NCBI GenBank assembly: GCA_038816475.1
Contig: JAWBAI010000001.1
Coordinates: forward strand, 64,001-128,000
Length of the DNA stretch: 64,000 nt
Reading direction: 5' to 3'
Origin: Desulfurococcaceae archaeon
Lineage (GTDB): Archaea; Thermoproteota; Thermoprotei_A; Sulfolobales; Desulfurococcaceae
Part shown: in pieces, positions 9,942-20,233 of the stretch
How positions within the stretch are numbered: position 1 is the first letter of the stretch
How the letters are laid out: each line of letters starts with the position of its first letter
Made by a program: the position numbers and the translations under genes
Notes under the pieces: generated by a model
The model's database searches: none
What the model saw: only the letters and a program-made list of their open reading frames with translations
Told to the model about the DNA's origin: nothing

Positions 9942-10895
9942 ATGGTGTACGCCATAGTAGCACACACTGATATGGATGGCGTTGCTTCGGCAGCTCTCTA
10001 TCTTTACCTCAACGAAGTATCCGATTTCCGTGTCTTTTTCTCAGAGCCGTTTTTGCTTCACAAGACCTTGGGTAGGACGACATCTGCTTACTATGAGAAA
10101 GTAGTTATATTTGATTTGGGTATCAACCCGGTGAGCTACACGAAAGTTTTAGAATACATAAAGTTGCTACGTGAGTACAGCATACCGATAACCTGGTTTG
10201 ATCATCACATCTGGGAAGAGAACTGGATAAGAGATATGGAGAAGCTTGGAGTTGAGCTTTACATTGATAGGTCTACGTGCACAGTGGGAGTAGTAGCCAA
10301 GCATCTGAAACCGACTAGGAGAGCCGTTGATGAACACTTTGTCGAGAACTTAGTAAGGGGTGTATGCGCAGGCGACCTCTGGAGGTTTGATCACTGGCTA
10401 GGAGGATTCTACATGAGAGTAGTGAGAAGAAGAGATAAGGACTCATGGAGAAAAACGGTGCTCAAGACATTAGCATCGGGTACTTTGTGGTCCGAAGACT
10501 TCAACGCTAAGGTAGAAGAGCATATTGATAACGAGTTCAGATGCTTATCGAGCGATCTCTCCTTAATCATAAGGAACATCAATGGGGTAAAGCTCGCAGT
10601 TGCTGAAAGCGTAGAACTGTTAGAGAATAGTTTTCTAGCATCGTACATCATGGGTAGATACGACGTGGACATCGTTGTTCTCGCGTCCATGGATGGTAAG
10701 CTTAGTATTAGAAGCAGAAACATCGATGTCAGAGAAGTAGCATATTCATTGGGCGGAGGTGGTCACATGCATGCAGCTGGTGCTAAGATAGGAATACCAT
10801 GGTGGATAAAACTACTTTCGCGTGTGAATAGGAACACTTTGCTACACTACGTATCACGCTTGATTGCTCAAAAGCTAGCACAGAGGTGGCAGTAG
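9942..10895 (+). CDS. DHH/DHHA1 phosphoesterase (NrnA/RecJ-like family)
   Basis: HTDMDG, DLG, WFDHH and SIRS...GGGGHMHAAG motifs. Confidence 0.9.
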   Translation: MVYAIVAHTDMDGVASAALYLYLNEVSDFRVFFSEPFLLHKTLGRTTSAYYEKVVIFDLGINPVSYTKVLEYIKLLREYSIPITWFDHHIWEENWIRDMEKLGVELYIDRSTCTVGVVAKHLKPTRRAVDEHFVENLVRGVCAGDLWRFDHWLGGFYMRVVRRRDKDSWRKTVLKTLASGTLWSEDFNAKVEEHIDNEFRCLSSDLSLIIRNINGVKLAVAESVELLENSFLASYIMGRYDVDIVVLASMDGKLSIRSRNIDVREVAYSLGGGGHMHAAGAKIGIPWWIKLLSRVNRNTLLHYVSRLIAQKLAQRWQ

Positions 10896-11432
10896 CACTA
10901 TTAATCCATCAGCAGCACTTATCGTTAGGCTCATCTTGAAGAAGTGGAAAACGCATACTATAGCTGCTACAACAGCGTCAGCTTCATGCTTGCTACTACA
11001 TCGCTCTACGTCAAGGTTAATTCTCCGGGTTAATGCATTCAAGCTCTGGCATCTACTAGACTTAAGAGCACTTAAGGGATGGGTTTCAACAACTTGTACA
11101 CCTAGGTTTCGCATTACTTCCGTTAGCTCCATTGCTCTAAGCGTTAAGTTGGTCATGCTTCTCCATCTGGGTGGTAGTACCCTGAAGCCGTGTCTGATCA
11201 TCTCTATGTCTACGTCGCGGTATCCTCTCCCCGAGGATGGCATAGATAAAGGGGAGTCTACAGCTACCATGTCTACGTTGCTTGATCTTAAAGCTTCTAC
11301 TATTTCGTGATTTGTGTAAACAGTTGAAACGTTTAAAACCCGAAGTTCCAACGGGCTTCTAGCTTCAATTATTGCCAAACCACTTGGTCTATGCGGTTTA
11401 GCAGCTAAGTCTAGTCCTGCGCAGATCACCAT
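10875..11432 (-). CDS. DUF429-like predicted nuclease (RNase H-fold)
   Basis: GLDLAA, VAVDSPLSMP, RDVD, ETHP and HEADAVVAA motifs. Confidence 0.8.
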   Translation of the reverse strand: MVICAGLDLAAKPHRPSGLAIIEARSPLELRVLNVSTVYTNHEIVEALRSSNVDMVAVDSPLSMPSSGRGYRDVDIEMIRHGFRVLPPRWRSMTNLTLRAMELTEVMRNLGVQVVETHPLSALKSSRCQSLNALTRRINLDVERCSSKHEADAVVAAIVCVFHFFKMSLTISAADGLIVLLPPLC

Positions 11433-12799
11433 TTAACTAGTTCTCCTCTGTTAAATTCTATGAGCTCCGTGTACTCTCTATATAGTTCCTCAACTTGCTG
11501 AATCCACGTGTGTAGCTTACGGGGGTTATCCGGATAACCTTCAGCATATAGTGCTTGTGCTCTGTTCATGTAGTGTCTCACTGTTCTGAGCTGATTGAGC
11601 AGTGTAGGTTTACCGAGTAGTTTAATAAAGGATGCTATTGCATGAAGTACTGTGCTGGAGATTTCACCTCTCGTTCCAAGCTCGTAGACGGATGAACCAT
11701 CAACTATTCTGTTCTTCATGATCCACTCGTAGTCTTCATTGCTCAGCTTCTGCATGTACATTCTAAGTATATCAAGTCCTGCTTGCTTAGACCCGTAAGT
11801 ACTCATGTACTCTACGTTAACGCTCCACATCGTCTCCTCGTCGACTCTGCCTTGTTCTAGTGCAGAACTTAAGTACCTTGAAACTATGTGTGATGACAAC
11901 ATGGATGAACCTATTCCACCTCCATGTATAGGGTTAGCAGTGTAAGCAGCGTCTCCTACAACAGCAACGTTTCTCCATACCAGTGTTGGTAAAGGTTTTC
12001 TTGTTGGAACAACACCTCCCCCTGAGTGAATTATTTTTCCTCTAAACCTAGGTCTCAAGTACTTCTCAAAGTTCAATCTAGGGTTATGCAACCCGTTGTT
12101 TACAACACCAAGACCTACGTTCGCGACCACTCCATCGCTTGTCTTTGGAAACAGCCACCAGTATCCTCCAGGTGCTATATCAACGTTTATGTAGATAACG
12201 GCGTAGTCTACATCCTGTTCGCTAACGGGCTCCTCGAGTTCCACGACTTCTCTATAGGCTATATTGTAGTCAGTGGTGTACGGTCTCTCGGAAATGGGCC
12301 AGTCGCGTGGAAGCTTCGATCTTATTGCTGGTTTGTAACCCGATGCATCAATATAGGCTTTTGCTTCAATTTCAACTACTTCGCCGTTTACTTTTTTCAC
12401 CTTAAGGGATTTAACCTCGTTGGTCACAACCTCTACATCTACGACTACGTGCTGGTCGTAAAGTTCAACACCACTATCGAGAGCTTTGGTTAAAAGCCAC
12501 TGTCCAAACTTGTATCTATTTATGCTTACTCCTTCGCCAGGTACTATGATGCTGTATTGCTCTGAAGGACTGTACACCTTTACTCCTTTGTAGCGGTGGT
12601 CTACAACATTGTCGGGAATATGAATGCCGAGTTCCTTGAAATGATGAGTACCTATCGCGTCACCGCATACTCTATCCCCTATTTTAGAGCGATGTTTAGA
12701 CTCTACCAATGCAACCTTCCAGCCTTTTAACGCGAGCACGTAAGATGCATATAGTCCAGCTACACCCGCTCCTACTACAGCAACATCATACTTGTGCAT
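11426..12799 (-). CDS. Digeranylgeranylglycerophospholipid (geranylgeranyl) reductase
   Basis: FAD motif VVGAGVAG, CGDA, PGGYWWLFPK (PxxYxWxFP), VGDAA..NPIHGGG. Start at ATG 12799 after an AGGTGA RBS. Confidence 0.9.
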   Translation of the reverse strand: MHKYDVAVVGAGVAGLYASYVLALKGWKVALVESKHRSKIGDRVCGDAIGTHHFKELGIHIPDNVVDHRYKGVKVYSPSEQYSIIVPGEGVSINRYKFGQWLLTKALDSGVELYDQHVVVDVEVVTNEVKSLKVKKVNGEVVEIEAKAYIDASGYKPAIRSKLPRDWPISERPYTTDYNIAYREVVELEEPVSEQDVDYAVIYINVDIAPGGYWWLFPKTSDGVVANVGLGVVNNGLHNPRLNFEKYLRPRFRGKIIHSGGGVVPTRKPLPTLVWRNVAVVGDAAYTANPIHGGGIGSSMLSSHIVSRYLSSALEQGRVDEETMWSVNVEYMSTYGSKQAGLDILRMYMQKLSNEDYEWIMKNRIVDGSSVYELGTRGEISSTVLHAIASFIKLLGKPTLLNQLRTVRHYMNRAQALYAEGYPDNPRKLHTWIQQVEELYREYTELIEFNRGELVKW

Positions 12800-12900
12800 T
12801 AAGCGGTCACCTAGATCGCTGTGTATCACCTTGATTAATATGTCTCTACTTTTAGCAAAAAAAGCTATTAGCGTAGCAAGTGGTGCAGGAACCTAGGCTT

Positions 12901-14427
12901 CTATGGAAGAACCTTCAGTAGCATACCTTCAACTACTATTGGGCTAACTTCCCTCAGTAGTTCTACGGCTTCCTGAAGCCTTTGCTCGCTGTTGCTGTAA
13001 AGTGTCAATAAGGGGTCTCCTTCGTTAACTCTGTACCCTACTTTAGCGTGCAACTCTACTCCAGCACCCTTGTCAAAGGGTGCGCCGCAGGCTCTTGCAA
13101 TTAGGGTTACTGCGGTGTTATCTATGTGGGTTACAGCACCTCCAATCGGAGAAGTCAACGTATACGTGTACCTTCCGACTAGAACATCGTCTGGTTTGAT
13201 GTTTGGATCTCCACCTTGTGCTTCAATTATTTGCTTGAACTTTTCGTAGGCTTTACCACTCAAGAATATCTCACGAGCTAGATCAGGGCCTCTTCCTTGC
13301 AGTGCCTTCCCGCTCATCTCCAGTATTAATCCAGCCAAGTAGAACGCCTTGTCGATAAGACTTTTACTCCCTTTCCTTTCTATTAGGGTTTTTAGTGCTT
13401 CGCGAGCTTCTAGCGCGGGTCCTACACTCATACCTATTGGTTGACCACCGTAGGTGATCGCCACTTTTGTTGATATTCCAAGTAATGAGGATTGTCTTAG
13501 AAACAACGATGCTAGTCTTTCAGCCTCCTGAACGTTCTCGACCTTGGCTCCACGTCCTGTAGGTATGTCTATTACGAGCTTGTTAACACCCATGCTCAGC
13601 TTCTTGGATAAAATACTAGCTACCATCTGTTGTTCAGGGTCTATGGCTAGCTTCCTTTCAATGTTAACGAATATGTCGTCGGCTGGAGCTAGACCTAGTT
13701 TTCCACCCCAGGCTAACACGCCCTTGGTTTTTCTAGCTATTTCGACGATCTCGTCCGCCGTTAAATCTACTCTTGCAAGGACCTCCATCGTGTCAGCAGT
13801 TCCAGCTGGACTCGTGATAGCTCTGCTGCTGGTCTTAGGGATGAGTAATCCACTTGCAGCAACAATGGGTACTGATATCAGTGCAACTTTGCTGTTTCCG
13901 GGTACACCACCTACGCTGTGTATATCGTAAACAGTTTCCTCAAACCTGATCTTTATGCCTGTCTCCACCATAGCTTTTATCAAGTACGATAGCTCCTCGT
14001 CTGTTAGTGGATGATATAGCTGACTCAATAGGAAAGCGGCTATTTCCGCTTCACCGTAAGCTCCAGAGACAACGTCTCTCAGTATAGCAAGGTACTCGGT
14101 CTCGGTAAGTCTCTGTCCAGAAATTCTCTTTTTCAAAGCGTTGAAACTGTGAGATAATCCGATGGGTTTAAGGCCAACAACATCACCTTCACGTATATTG
14201 ACCTGACGTGCTAGGTTTTCGGGAACAGCACACTCGCCTTCGCTTACAATCGTGCGGGTTAACATCACGGTTGCTGTTGCATACGTTTCTCCAAGCGTAA
14301 TAACAACAATACTTCCAGGAGTTAAACCAAACTTCTCGGAGTCAGCTTTGTTAACTATGACAACTGGATGTGGATACACTACGTCGAGTACTTTAACTTT
14401 GAATAACCTAGTCGACACGACTTTCAC
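12901..14427 (-). CDS. AMP (NMP) phosphorylase, archaeal thymidine-phosphorylase family
   Basis: DIHSVGGVPGNSK, PKTSSRAITSPAGTADTMEVLA, SILSKK, QPIG..VGPALEAREAL and ARACGAPFDKGAG motifs; N-terminal extra domain. Confidence 0.92.
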   Translation of the reverse strand: MKVVSTRLFKVKVLDVVYPHPVVIVNKADSEKFGLTPGSIVVITLGETYATATVMLTRTIVSEGECAVPENLARQVNIREGDVVGLKPIGLSHSFNALKKRISGQRLTETEYLAILRDVVSGAYGEAEIAAFLLSQLYHPLTDEELSYLIKAMVETGIKIRFEETVYDIHSVGGVPGNSKVALISVPIVAASGLLIPKTSSRAITSPAGTADTMEVLARVDLTADEIVEIARKTKGVLAWGGKLGLAPADDIFVNIERKLAIDPEQQMVASILSKKLSMGVNKLVIDIPTGRGAKVENVQEAERLASLFLRQSSLLGISTKVAITYGGQPIGMSVGPALEAREALKTLIERKGSKSLIDKAFYLAGLILEMSGKALQGRGPDLAREIFLSGKAYEKFKQIIEAQGGDPNIKPDDVLVGRYTYTLTSPIGGAVTHIDNTAVTLIARACGAPFDKGAGVELHAKVGYRVNEGDPLLTLYSNSEQRLQEAVELLREVSPIVVEGMLLKVLP

Positions 14428-14500
14428 TCCAACTTGGACGCAAAAAGTACTATGTGAGTAACCGGGTTTTTAAATCCTAAACTGTTTTACACGTAAAGAT

Positions 14501-14680
14501 CTACTTTCGAAAATGCTTCTTTAGTTTTTCGATGAGCTTTTCATACTCTTCTTCTAGCATCTCTTCTCTTAGAATATTCTCTAGTACCGCTCTTGCCATT
14601 TCTCTAGTGGATGGGTCAAGATCTTTTAACACGTCTTCAAGGGCTTTCTTACGATTTTTCTGAGGTTTGTATACGGACAT
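14501..14680 (-). CDS. Small hypothetical protein (59 aa, below ORF-track cutoff)
   Basis: MSVYKPQKNRKKALEDVLKDLDPSTREMARAVLENILREEMLEEEYEKLIEKLKKHFRK*; AGGTG RBS upstream; fills the gap between co-oriented genes. Confidence 0.7.
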   Translation of the reverse strand: MSVYKPQKNRKKALEDVLKDLDPSTREMARAVLENILREEMLEEEYEKLIEKLKKHFRK

Positions 14681-14734
14681 TCAAGCACCTATTCTTACCC
14701 CCTATTCCTACCTTATGGTTAAAACCCGAATTAA

Positions 14735-16135
14735 TTATCCTATAGTAACTTCTAGTACTCTTCCACCGCGCCCATTTGTGATTTCATGTATTTTGCGTTC
14801 AACTTTCTCCACCATAGTTACGAGTCTTTCGCTTGTTCCAGCTTCTGCATATATTCTCAGCTTAGGCTCTGTACCACTTTTACGAACAAGCACCCAAGAT
14901 CTATCTTTGTACTCGAATCTGTAGCCATCTATGTCTATTACCCTTACTGGATCTCCCAGTAAGCAGGACATTTCATCGACGAGATCCCTGTACACTAGTT
15001 CTCGGATCTCTGGTGGATCTAGCAGATAGCTTCTTCTGTCCCAGGGGTAATCGGGTATTCTTTCATCATCAAGTAATTTCGATATGTTCTTTCCCGTTTC
15101 TACGAGGTACTTAGTTAGTAGAGCAACTTGAAGAACACCGTCAACCCATGGACCCCACTCTGTGAGTATCAGCTTCCAGGGTTCTCCAGCCATAACCACA
15201 TTTTGTCTTCCTAGCTCTTTCACTCTCTCATGTGTTTTACCAAGGTTATATCGTTCCACAGTACCTCCCATTTCCAGTACAACATCATCCACCACATACC
15301 CTGTGTCTATGCTGACAACGACATGCCCCTTTCTACTCTCCAGTACCTTCTTGGCATAGAAAGCTAGTAGTCTATCCTGCCTTATGAAACCCGAGAGCGG
15401 ATCCAGTACTGCTAGTCTATCCGCATCACCATCGAAGGCGAATATAGCGTGTGGTTTAAATACGCTGTATTTGTCCAAGAGACCTTCAAGCACATCCTTA
15501 CGTGGCTCAGGAGGTCTTATAGGGAAATAGCCATCGGGGTTGCAGTTCAAGGTTATAGGCTTAGCACCAAGTGCTCTAACCAGTAGAGGTGCTACGTAGT
15601 ACGATGCACCATTTGCACAATCTAAGACTATGTTTACGGGTTTTACGGTTCTTGGTTTTTCAACGAAGTTCAAAAGGTCCTCTACGTACTCGTCTAAGAT
15701 GTGGTGAGAAACACTAGCTTGACCCACGCGACTCCACTCCACGTATCGCGGGTGTTCATCAAGCATTTTCTCGATTTCAGCTTCCAGGTCTCTTGTAAAC
15801 TCATAGCCATTGTTATCGTAGAACTTCATACCATTGTACTCAGGAGGGTTATGACTAGCGGTTACACTAACCCCTAGGGACCTGTACTTCGATGCAGAAT
15901 AAGCAGCTACAGGTGTAGGAGCGGTTCCAACATAGATCACGTTAACACCAGCCGACATAAGCCCCGATGAAACAGCGTAAGACACCACGTGACTCGTTGT
16001 TCTAGTGTCGTGTACTATGTACGCCTCCTTAGATATACTTAATCTACCAACAGCGTTTCCTATTCTTAGTGCTAGCAGAGGGTCTAGTTCGTCTCCATAC
16101 CTCATTCTTATACCAGCTGTTCCAAACACCTTCAT
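14735..16135 (-). CDS. Alpha-D-phosphohexomutase family enzyme (PGM/PMM or phosphopentomutase)
   Basis: FGTAGIR, catalytic TASHNPPEYNG, metal loop DGDADR, RKSGTEPKLRIYAEA. Confidence 0.9.
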   Translation of the reverse strand: MKVFGTAGIRMRYGDELDPLLALRIGNAVGRLSISKEAYIVHDTRTTSHVVSYAVSSGLMSAGVNVIYVGTAPTPVAAYSASKYRSLGVSVTASHNPPEYNGMKFYDNNGYEFTRDLEAEIEKMLDEHPRYVEWSRVGQASVSHHILDEYVEDLLNFVEKPRTVKPVNIVLDCANGASYYVAPLLVRALGAKPITLNCNPDGYFPIRPPEPRKDVLEGLLDKYSVFKPHAIFAFDGDADRLAVLDPLSGFIRQDRLLAFYAKKVLESRKGHVVVSIDTGYVVDDVVLEMGGTVERYNLGKTHERVKELGRQNVVMAGEPWKLILTEWGPWVDGVLQVALLTKYLVETGKNISKLLDDERIPDYPWDRRSYLLDPPEIRELVYRDLVDEMSCLLGDPVRVIDIDGYRFEYKDRSWVLVRKSGTEPKLRIYAEAGTSERLVTMVEKVERKIHEITNGRGGRVLEVTIG

Positions 16136-16239
16136 AGCTTCACCCGAACTTGCTCACATACAATCTGAGAGCCCATGGTATTAAGTAGTACAAGGAAATA
16201 ATAGTTGATTGGTTAAGGAAGGCTCTGCGCGAATTAAGG

Positions 16240-16953
16240 TTGCACAGGGATACTGGTTTGGAGGTGTATGTTGGAACATCTGGCTGGTTGTACGACTGGA
16301 ATGAGGGGGCCTCGCTCGACTGGTATGTTGAGGAAAGCGGGTTAAACGCCGTTGAATTAAACGCCAGTTTCTATAGGTTTCCGTTCAGAAACCAGGTCAA
16401 AGGCTGGTCTATTAAGGGTAGTACACTGAGGTGGAGTGTGAAAGTTCACAGGTCTATAACGCATCTTCGAAAGCTAAGCGAGAAAGCCTTGGATATTTGG
16501 TTCAAGTTCTCGGATCTCTTTAAGCCCATGGATTCGCTTATAGACTTCTACCTGTTTCAGTTACCTCCTAACTATACATGTAAAGAGGATAACCTAGAGA
16601 GAATTAGCGAATTTAATAGTAACGTAAAACTAGGTCTACGGATGGCTGTGGAGTTTAGGCACGAGTCCTGCTTTTCTAGCAAGGTTGTAGAATGGGCTCA
16701 GGAAACGGGTATTACATTGGTCTCTGTGGATGCGCCCATAGCGACCTGGATCGTCTCTACGCATGACATAGTGTACCTAAGAATGCATGGAAGAAGTGCA
16801 TGGTATGGTCATGACTACACCGAAGAAGAGCTAATGGAGATAGCTAACCGCGTACTTGAACTAAACCCTAAAAAGGTATATGTGTTCTTCAACAATGATC
16901 ACTGGATGCTCAGCAACGCGAGATTCATGAAAAAGATTCTAAGTAAGTTGTGA
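16240..16953 (+). CDS. DUF72 family protein
   Basis: VGTSGW, VELNASFY, FQLPP, AVEFRH, YLRMHG and VFFNND motifs. Confidence 0.9.
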   Translation: MHRDTGLEVYVGTSGWLYDWNEGASLDWYVEESGLNAVELNASFYRFPFRNQVKGWSIKGSTLRWSVKVHRSITHLRKLSEKALDIWFKFSDLFKPMDSLIDFYLFQLPPNYTCKEDNLERISEFNSNVKLGLRMAVEFRHESCFSSKVVEWAQETGITLVSVDAPIATWIVSTHDIVYLRMHGRSAWYGHDYTEEELMEIANRVLELNPKKVYVFFNNDHWMLSNARFMKKILSKL

Positions 16954-16957
16954 GGTT

Positions 16958-17989
16958 ATGAGTAGACCTAAGGATCTCCACGAAATTCTACGAGAAATAT
17001 ACGTTGAGCCATCCAGGGAAGCGTACGAACTTGCGTTGAAGTACGGGTACTTACCCTACATGGTTCAAAGATACATTGATACGCTGGGATACAGGGATGC
17101 CGTACTTCTTCTTGAATCTTTCGAGAAGCCTCCTAAACCCGTAGTTAGAGTAAACACTCTTCTTATAACACCTAAGGATCTAAAGAACAGGCTAGAGCAG
17201 CTTGGTTTTCAACTCGAGGAGATCAGATGGTCTAGTGAAGCGTTTCACGTTAAGAGAGCACCTCATTCACCTAGCATAGGTGCTACGCATGAGTACTTGA
17301 AAGGCTTCTACTACGTTCATAAGGATGCTACCAGTTTAATCCCAGTAATGCTTCTACTTCACGGCTACGAAGGAGACGTTCTCGATGTGTGTGCGGCGCC
17401 GGGAGGTAAGGCTACGTACATAGCACAGATACTGAAGTCTAGAGGAAAAGGTGTGGTTTACGCTAACGACCTAGTTCTGTACAGGTTGAAGTCTTTGGTA
17501 GGACACGTGATGAGGCTAAAATTAGACAACGTCGTAGTGCTATGGAGCGATGCAAGGAAACTTCCTATGAAAATCGGCAGAACGTTTGACCGTGTATTAC
17601 TTGATGCACCATGTAGTGGTGAGGGAAGAATATCCGTAGATCCTGGCAGAAAAACGAGAACAAGTGTTCTAGACCTGGCTATAATGGTGAAAAGAGAAAT
17701 AGAGCTCCTGTGGAGCCTCGTAGATATCGTTAGCGAAGGAGGAATAATCGCGTACGTAACATGTAGTATTGCTCCAGAGGAAAACGAGTACGTGGTAAAC
17801 GAGGTTCTCAGGGGTAAAGGTGGACTTGAAGTCGTCGAGCCCCCTCTCAGACTACTCGATTACTCAAAAGGGCTTACGGAGTACAGGAACCTGAAGTTCT
17901 CTGAGGAAATGGAGTATTGCATTAGGATATGGCCGTTTAAACACGAACTTTTCGGGTATTACATATGTCTTCTAAGAAAAAAATCATAA
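16958..17989 (+). CDS. RsmB/NOP2 family RNA m5C methyltransferase
   Basis: VLDVCAAPGGK, LLDAPCSGEG and TCSIAPEENE motifs. Confidence 0.93.
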   Translation: MSRPKDLHEILREIYVEPSREAYELALKYGYLPYMVQRYIDTLGYRDAVLLLESFEKPPKPVVRVNTLLITPKDLKNRLEQLGFQLEEIRWSSEAFHVKRAPHSPSIGATHEYLKGFYYVHKDATSLIPVMLLLHGYEGDVLDVCAAPGGKATYIAQILKSRGKGVVYANDLVLYRLKSLVGHVMRLKLDNVVVLWSDARKLPMKIGRTFDRVLLDAPCSGEGRISVDPGRKTRTSVLDLAIMVKREIELLWSLVDIVSEGGIIAYVTCSIAPEENEYVVNEVLRGKGGLEVVEPPLRLLDYSKGLTEYRNLKFSEEMEYCIRIWPFKHELFGYYICLLRKKS

Positions 17990-18486
17990 AGCTGAAGCTA
18001 GGTAGACTACCGAGAAAGATTGCCTACAAAATAGAGAGACTTGTGTACGAACTCTACGGCGTGAGCACCGGTGACCTTATACCAAAGGACCTTAGGTACA
18101 CTTGCTTTGAAGATCTATGCGTAGTGTACGCGCACGATCCGAGAATACCCGGTACAATGAGCGTAACAGAGATCTTTGGTGGTCATTGGATAGCGCTTTA
18201 CGTTAAAGGAACCCTCGCACCCTCCATACCCTTGGTAAAGGAAATTTACAAGAGAACAGGGCTGAGAGCAGCCATAGTAGTATCAGAGGAGGGTGTGAAG
18301 GCTTTTCTCTACGGGAATGATGTGCTTCCAGAGAGTGTTATTGAACTCGTACCACCTTCAAAAGGACTGTACGCTGTTATAGACTACTACGATAAGGATG
18401 TCGTTGGTTTTGCTAAGTGGAATCCTAAGAAGCGTGTGTACGAAAACATCTACGATATAGGTATTTTCATCAGGCTTCTAGGTTAA
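17965..18486 (+). CDS. Nip7-like PUA-domain ribosome biogenesis protein
   Basis: AFLYGNDV...VVGFA...NIYDIGIFIR C-terminal PUA pattern; overlaps the NOP2-like gene. Confidence 0.75.
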   Translation: MSSKKKIIKLKLGRLPRKIAYKIERLVYELYGVSTGDLIPKDLRYTCFEDLCVVYAHDPRIPGTMSVTEIFGGHWIALYVKGTLAPSIPLVKEIYKRTGLRAAIVVSEEGVKAFLYGNDVLPESVIELVPPSKGLYAVIDYYDKDVVGFAKWNPKKRVYENIYDIGIFIRLLG

Positions 18487-19276
18487 GGAGAGCAATGGAG
18501 CCTTTGAAAGAAGACCTCGAGAGTATGGATGCCAGAGGCTGTGCTACTAGCAGGATTGCTTTTCTTTCGCTACTCATACCCAAATGCACTTTCTCTAATG
18601 CTTTGATTGTGCTGTCGGGGCATTCCCCGGAGAACAGGTCGGTGTAGTACAGAATAACACTATTGGGGAACACCCTGCCTATGTGTTTAGACCTGTACTT
18701 TTCGGGAAGTTCGTGAATTTCAATAAGAAGTTCTAGTACTTCACTTTTTTCAACTAATCTTAGTAACCGGTTCATGTATTTTGAAAGCTTCTCAAGCGAG
18801 AACTGGTACTCGTAGTAACCGGTGTTCGCCTGCTCCTTCTTTCTAAGCTTTTTAACGCTTTCAGCATACTTGTTGATCAGGATTAGAAGCGAAGCTATTT
18901 CAGTAGCTTTGTCGATATCTAAGATGCCCCTAAGCTCAAGTACATGGTCCAGCATATACGTGAATCTCACTGTTTCGGGATCACAGTCGTAGATCCACGT
19001 AGTTGTCATAAATCCCGCTTTTGACAGCTTATCGAGAGCTAACCTGTACTTAGATAGGATAACCGGTGTGTGTTCTCCCATGAAAATAAAGAAAACAGAA
19101 ACAGAGTACTCAGGGGGTGATTTTAGTTCGAGTAAGTCTCCATAAGTGCGCTTTAAGTAAGGATCTATTATTGATACGATGATACTATCACGGCTTATAG
19201 TGATCTTAAAGTGGTCTTCTGGTTGATAGTTGGATATAAGCTCAACGGCTTTTATGTAAACTTCTCTACTGCTCAA
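18470..19276 (-). CDS. Hypothetical protein (268 aa)
   Basis: Long ORF overlapping the pfkB stop by 11 nt; no recognisable motif. Confidence 0.7.
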   Translation of the reverse strand: MSSREVYIKAVELISNYQPEDHFKITISRDSIIVSIIDPYLKRTYGDLLELKSPPEYSVSVFFIFMGEHTPVILSKYRLALDKLSKAGFMTTTWIYDCDPETVRFTYMLDHVLELRGILDIDKATEIASLLILINKYAESVKKLRKKEQANTGYYEYQFSLEKLSKYMNRLLRLVEKSEVLELLIEIHELPEKYRSKHIGRVFPNSVILYYTDLFSGECPDSTIKALEKVHLGMSSERKAILLVAQPLASILSRSSFKGSIALLNLEA

Positions 19277-20225
19277 GACCTAAATCCTCGAGTTCTATAT
19301 CCTTACAGGATCTCTTCACAACAGTAGCTCTTTCTAGCTGGTATTTAAAAGCATCGGGGTCCCAGAATATGAAGCTACCCTTGCACCCAGTTTTGTAGGT
19401 ACCAGCTGCTACACCGAAAAGAAGAGACTTAGTAACATCACCGGTTTCAAGGTAAGTAGCATTGAAGAATGCGTCGAAAGCATCACCAGCGCCTGTTGTA
19501 TCCACAGGTTTTCTAATAGGCTTAGCTACACCATGGTAACATCTATCTCCAGCCTCAATGCTAATAGCCCCCTTACTCCCCATCTTCACATTGAGTACCT
19601 TCAAACCGATCTTGAAGAAAGACCTTAGATCAGCTCTGCTCTTGATCTTTGCATACTCGGATTCGTTGAGAAATAGCAAATCCAATGAACCCACCACATC
19701 TAGATAGTTAAGAATATCCTCTGCAAAGGGCCCTGGGTCATAGGAGACAATGATAGGCTCCATCTTCACTCGCTTTATAGAGTTCTGCACAAAGCTGGGA
19801 TGCACAGATGCGAAGTGAACCAAGTGCGCTTGTTTCAGTAGAGTGTCACTAAGGTAGCTCGGATCTAGGTGCTTGTTAGCTCCTTGATACCTGATCATTG
19901 CTCTCTCTCCATCAGCTTTCACAAGGACAACAACAAAGCCAGGGGATTCGTCAACAAAATAGAGATGATCTGTTTTAACACCAAGCCTTTCCACTTCTCG
20001 CAGAAAGCTACGTATGAAGTGATCGGTTGAAACTGATGCTACTAAGTACGCTGTGTGACCGTAGCTCGCAACAGCAACAGCGTAGTTTGTCGCCGCTCCA
20101 CCTGGTCTCAGGCTTACTTCTCTGGCGAACAAACCTTCATCGGGTTTGGGAAGAGCATCTACATATACAACTATATCGACGTTGAAGTTCCCAACTGATA
20201 CGTGAACGTAATTCTTAGTAGCCAA
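19266..20225 (-). CDS. PfkB/ribokinase-family kinase (candidate ribose-1-phosphate or nucleoside kinase)
   Basis: GNFNVD, PGGAATN, NESE and VDTTGAGDAF signatures. Confidence 0.9.
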   Translation of the reverse strand: MATKNYVHVSVGNFNVDIVVYVDALPKPDEGLFAREVSLRPGGAATNYAVAVASYGHTAYLVASVSTDHFIRSFLREVERLGVKTDHLYFVDESPGFVVVLVKADGERAMIRYQGANKHLDPSYLSDTLLKQAHLVHFASVHPSFVQNSIKRVKMEPIIVSYDPGPFAEDILNYLDVVGSLDLLFLNESEYAKIKSRADLRSFFKIGLKVLNVKMGSKGAISIEAGDRCYHGVAKPIRKPVDTTGAGDAFDAFFNATYLETGDVTKSLLFGVAAGTYKTGCKGSFIFWDPDAFKYQLERATVVKRSCKDIELEDLGLEQ

Positions 20226-20233
20226 TTTTCTGG

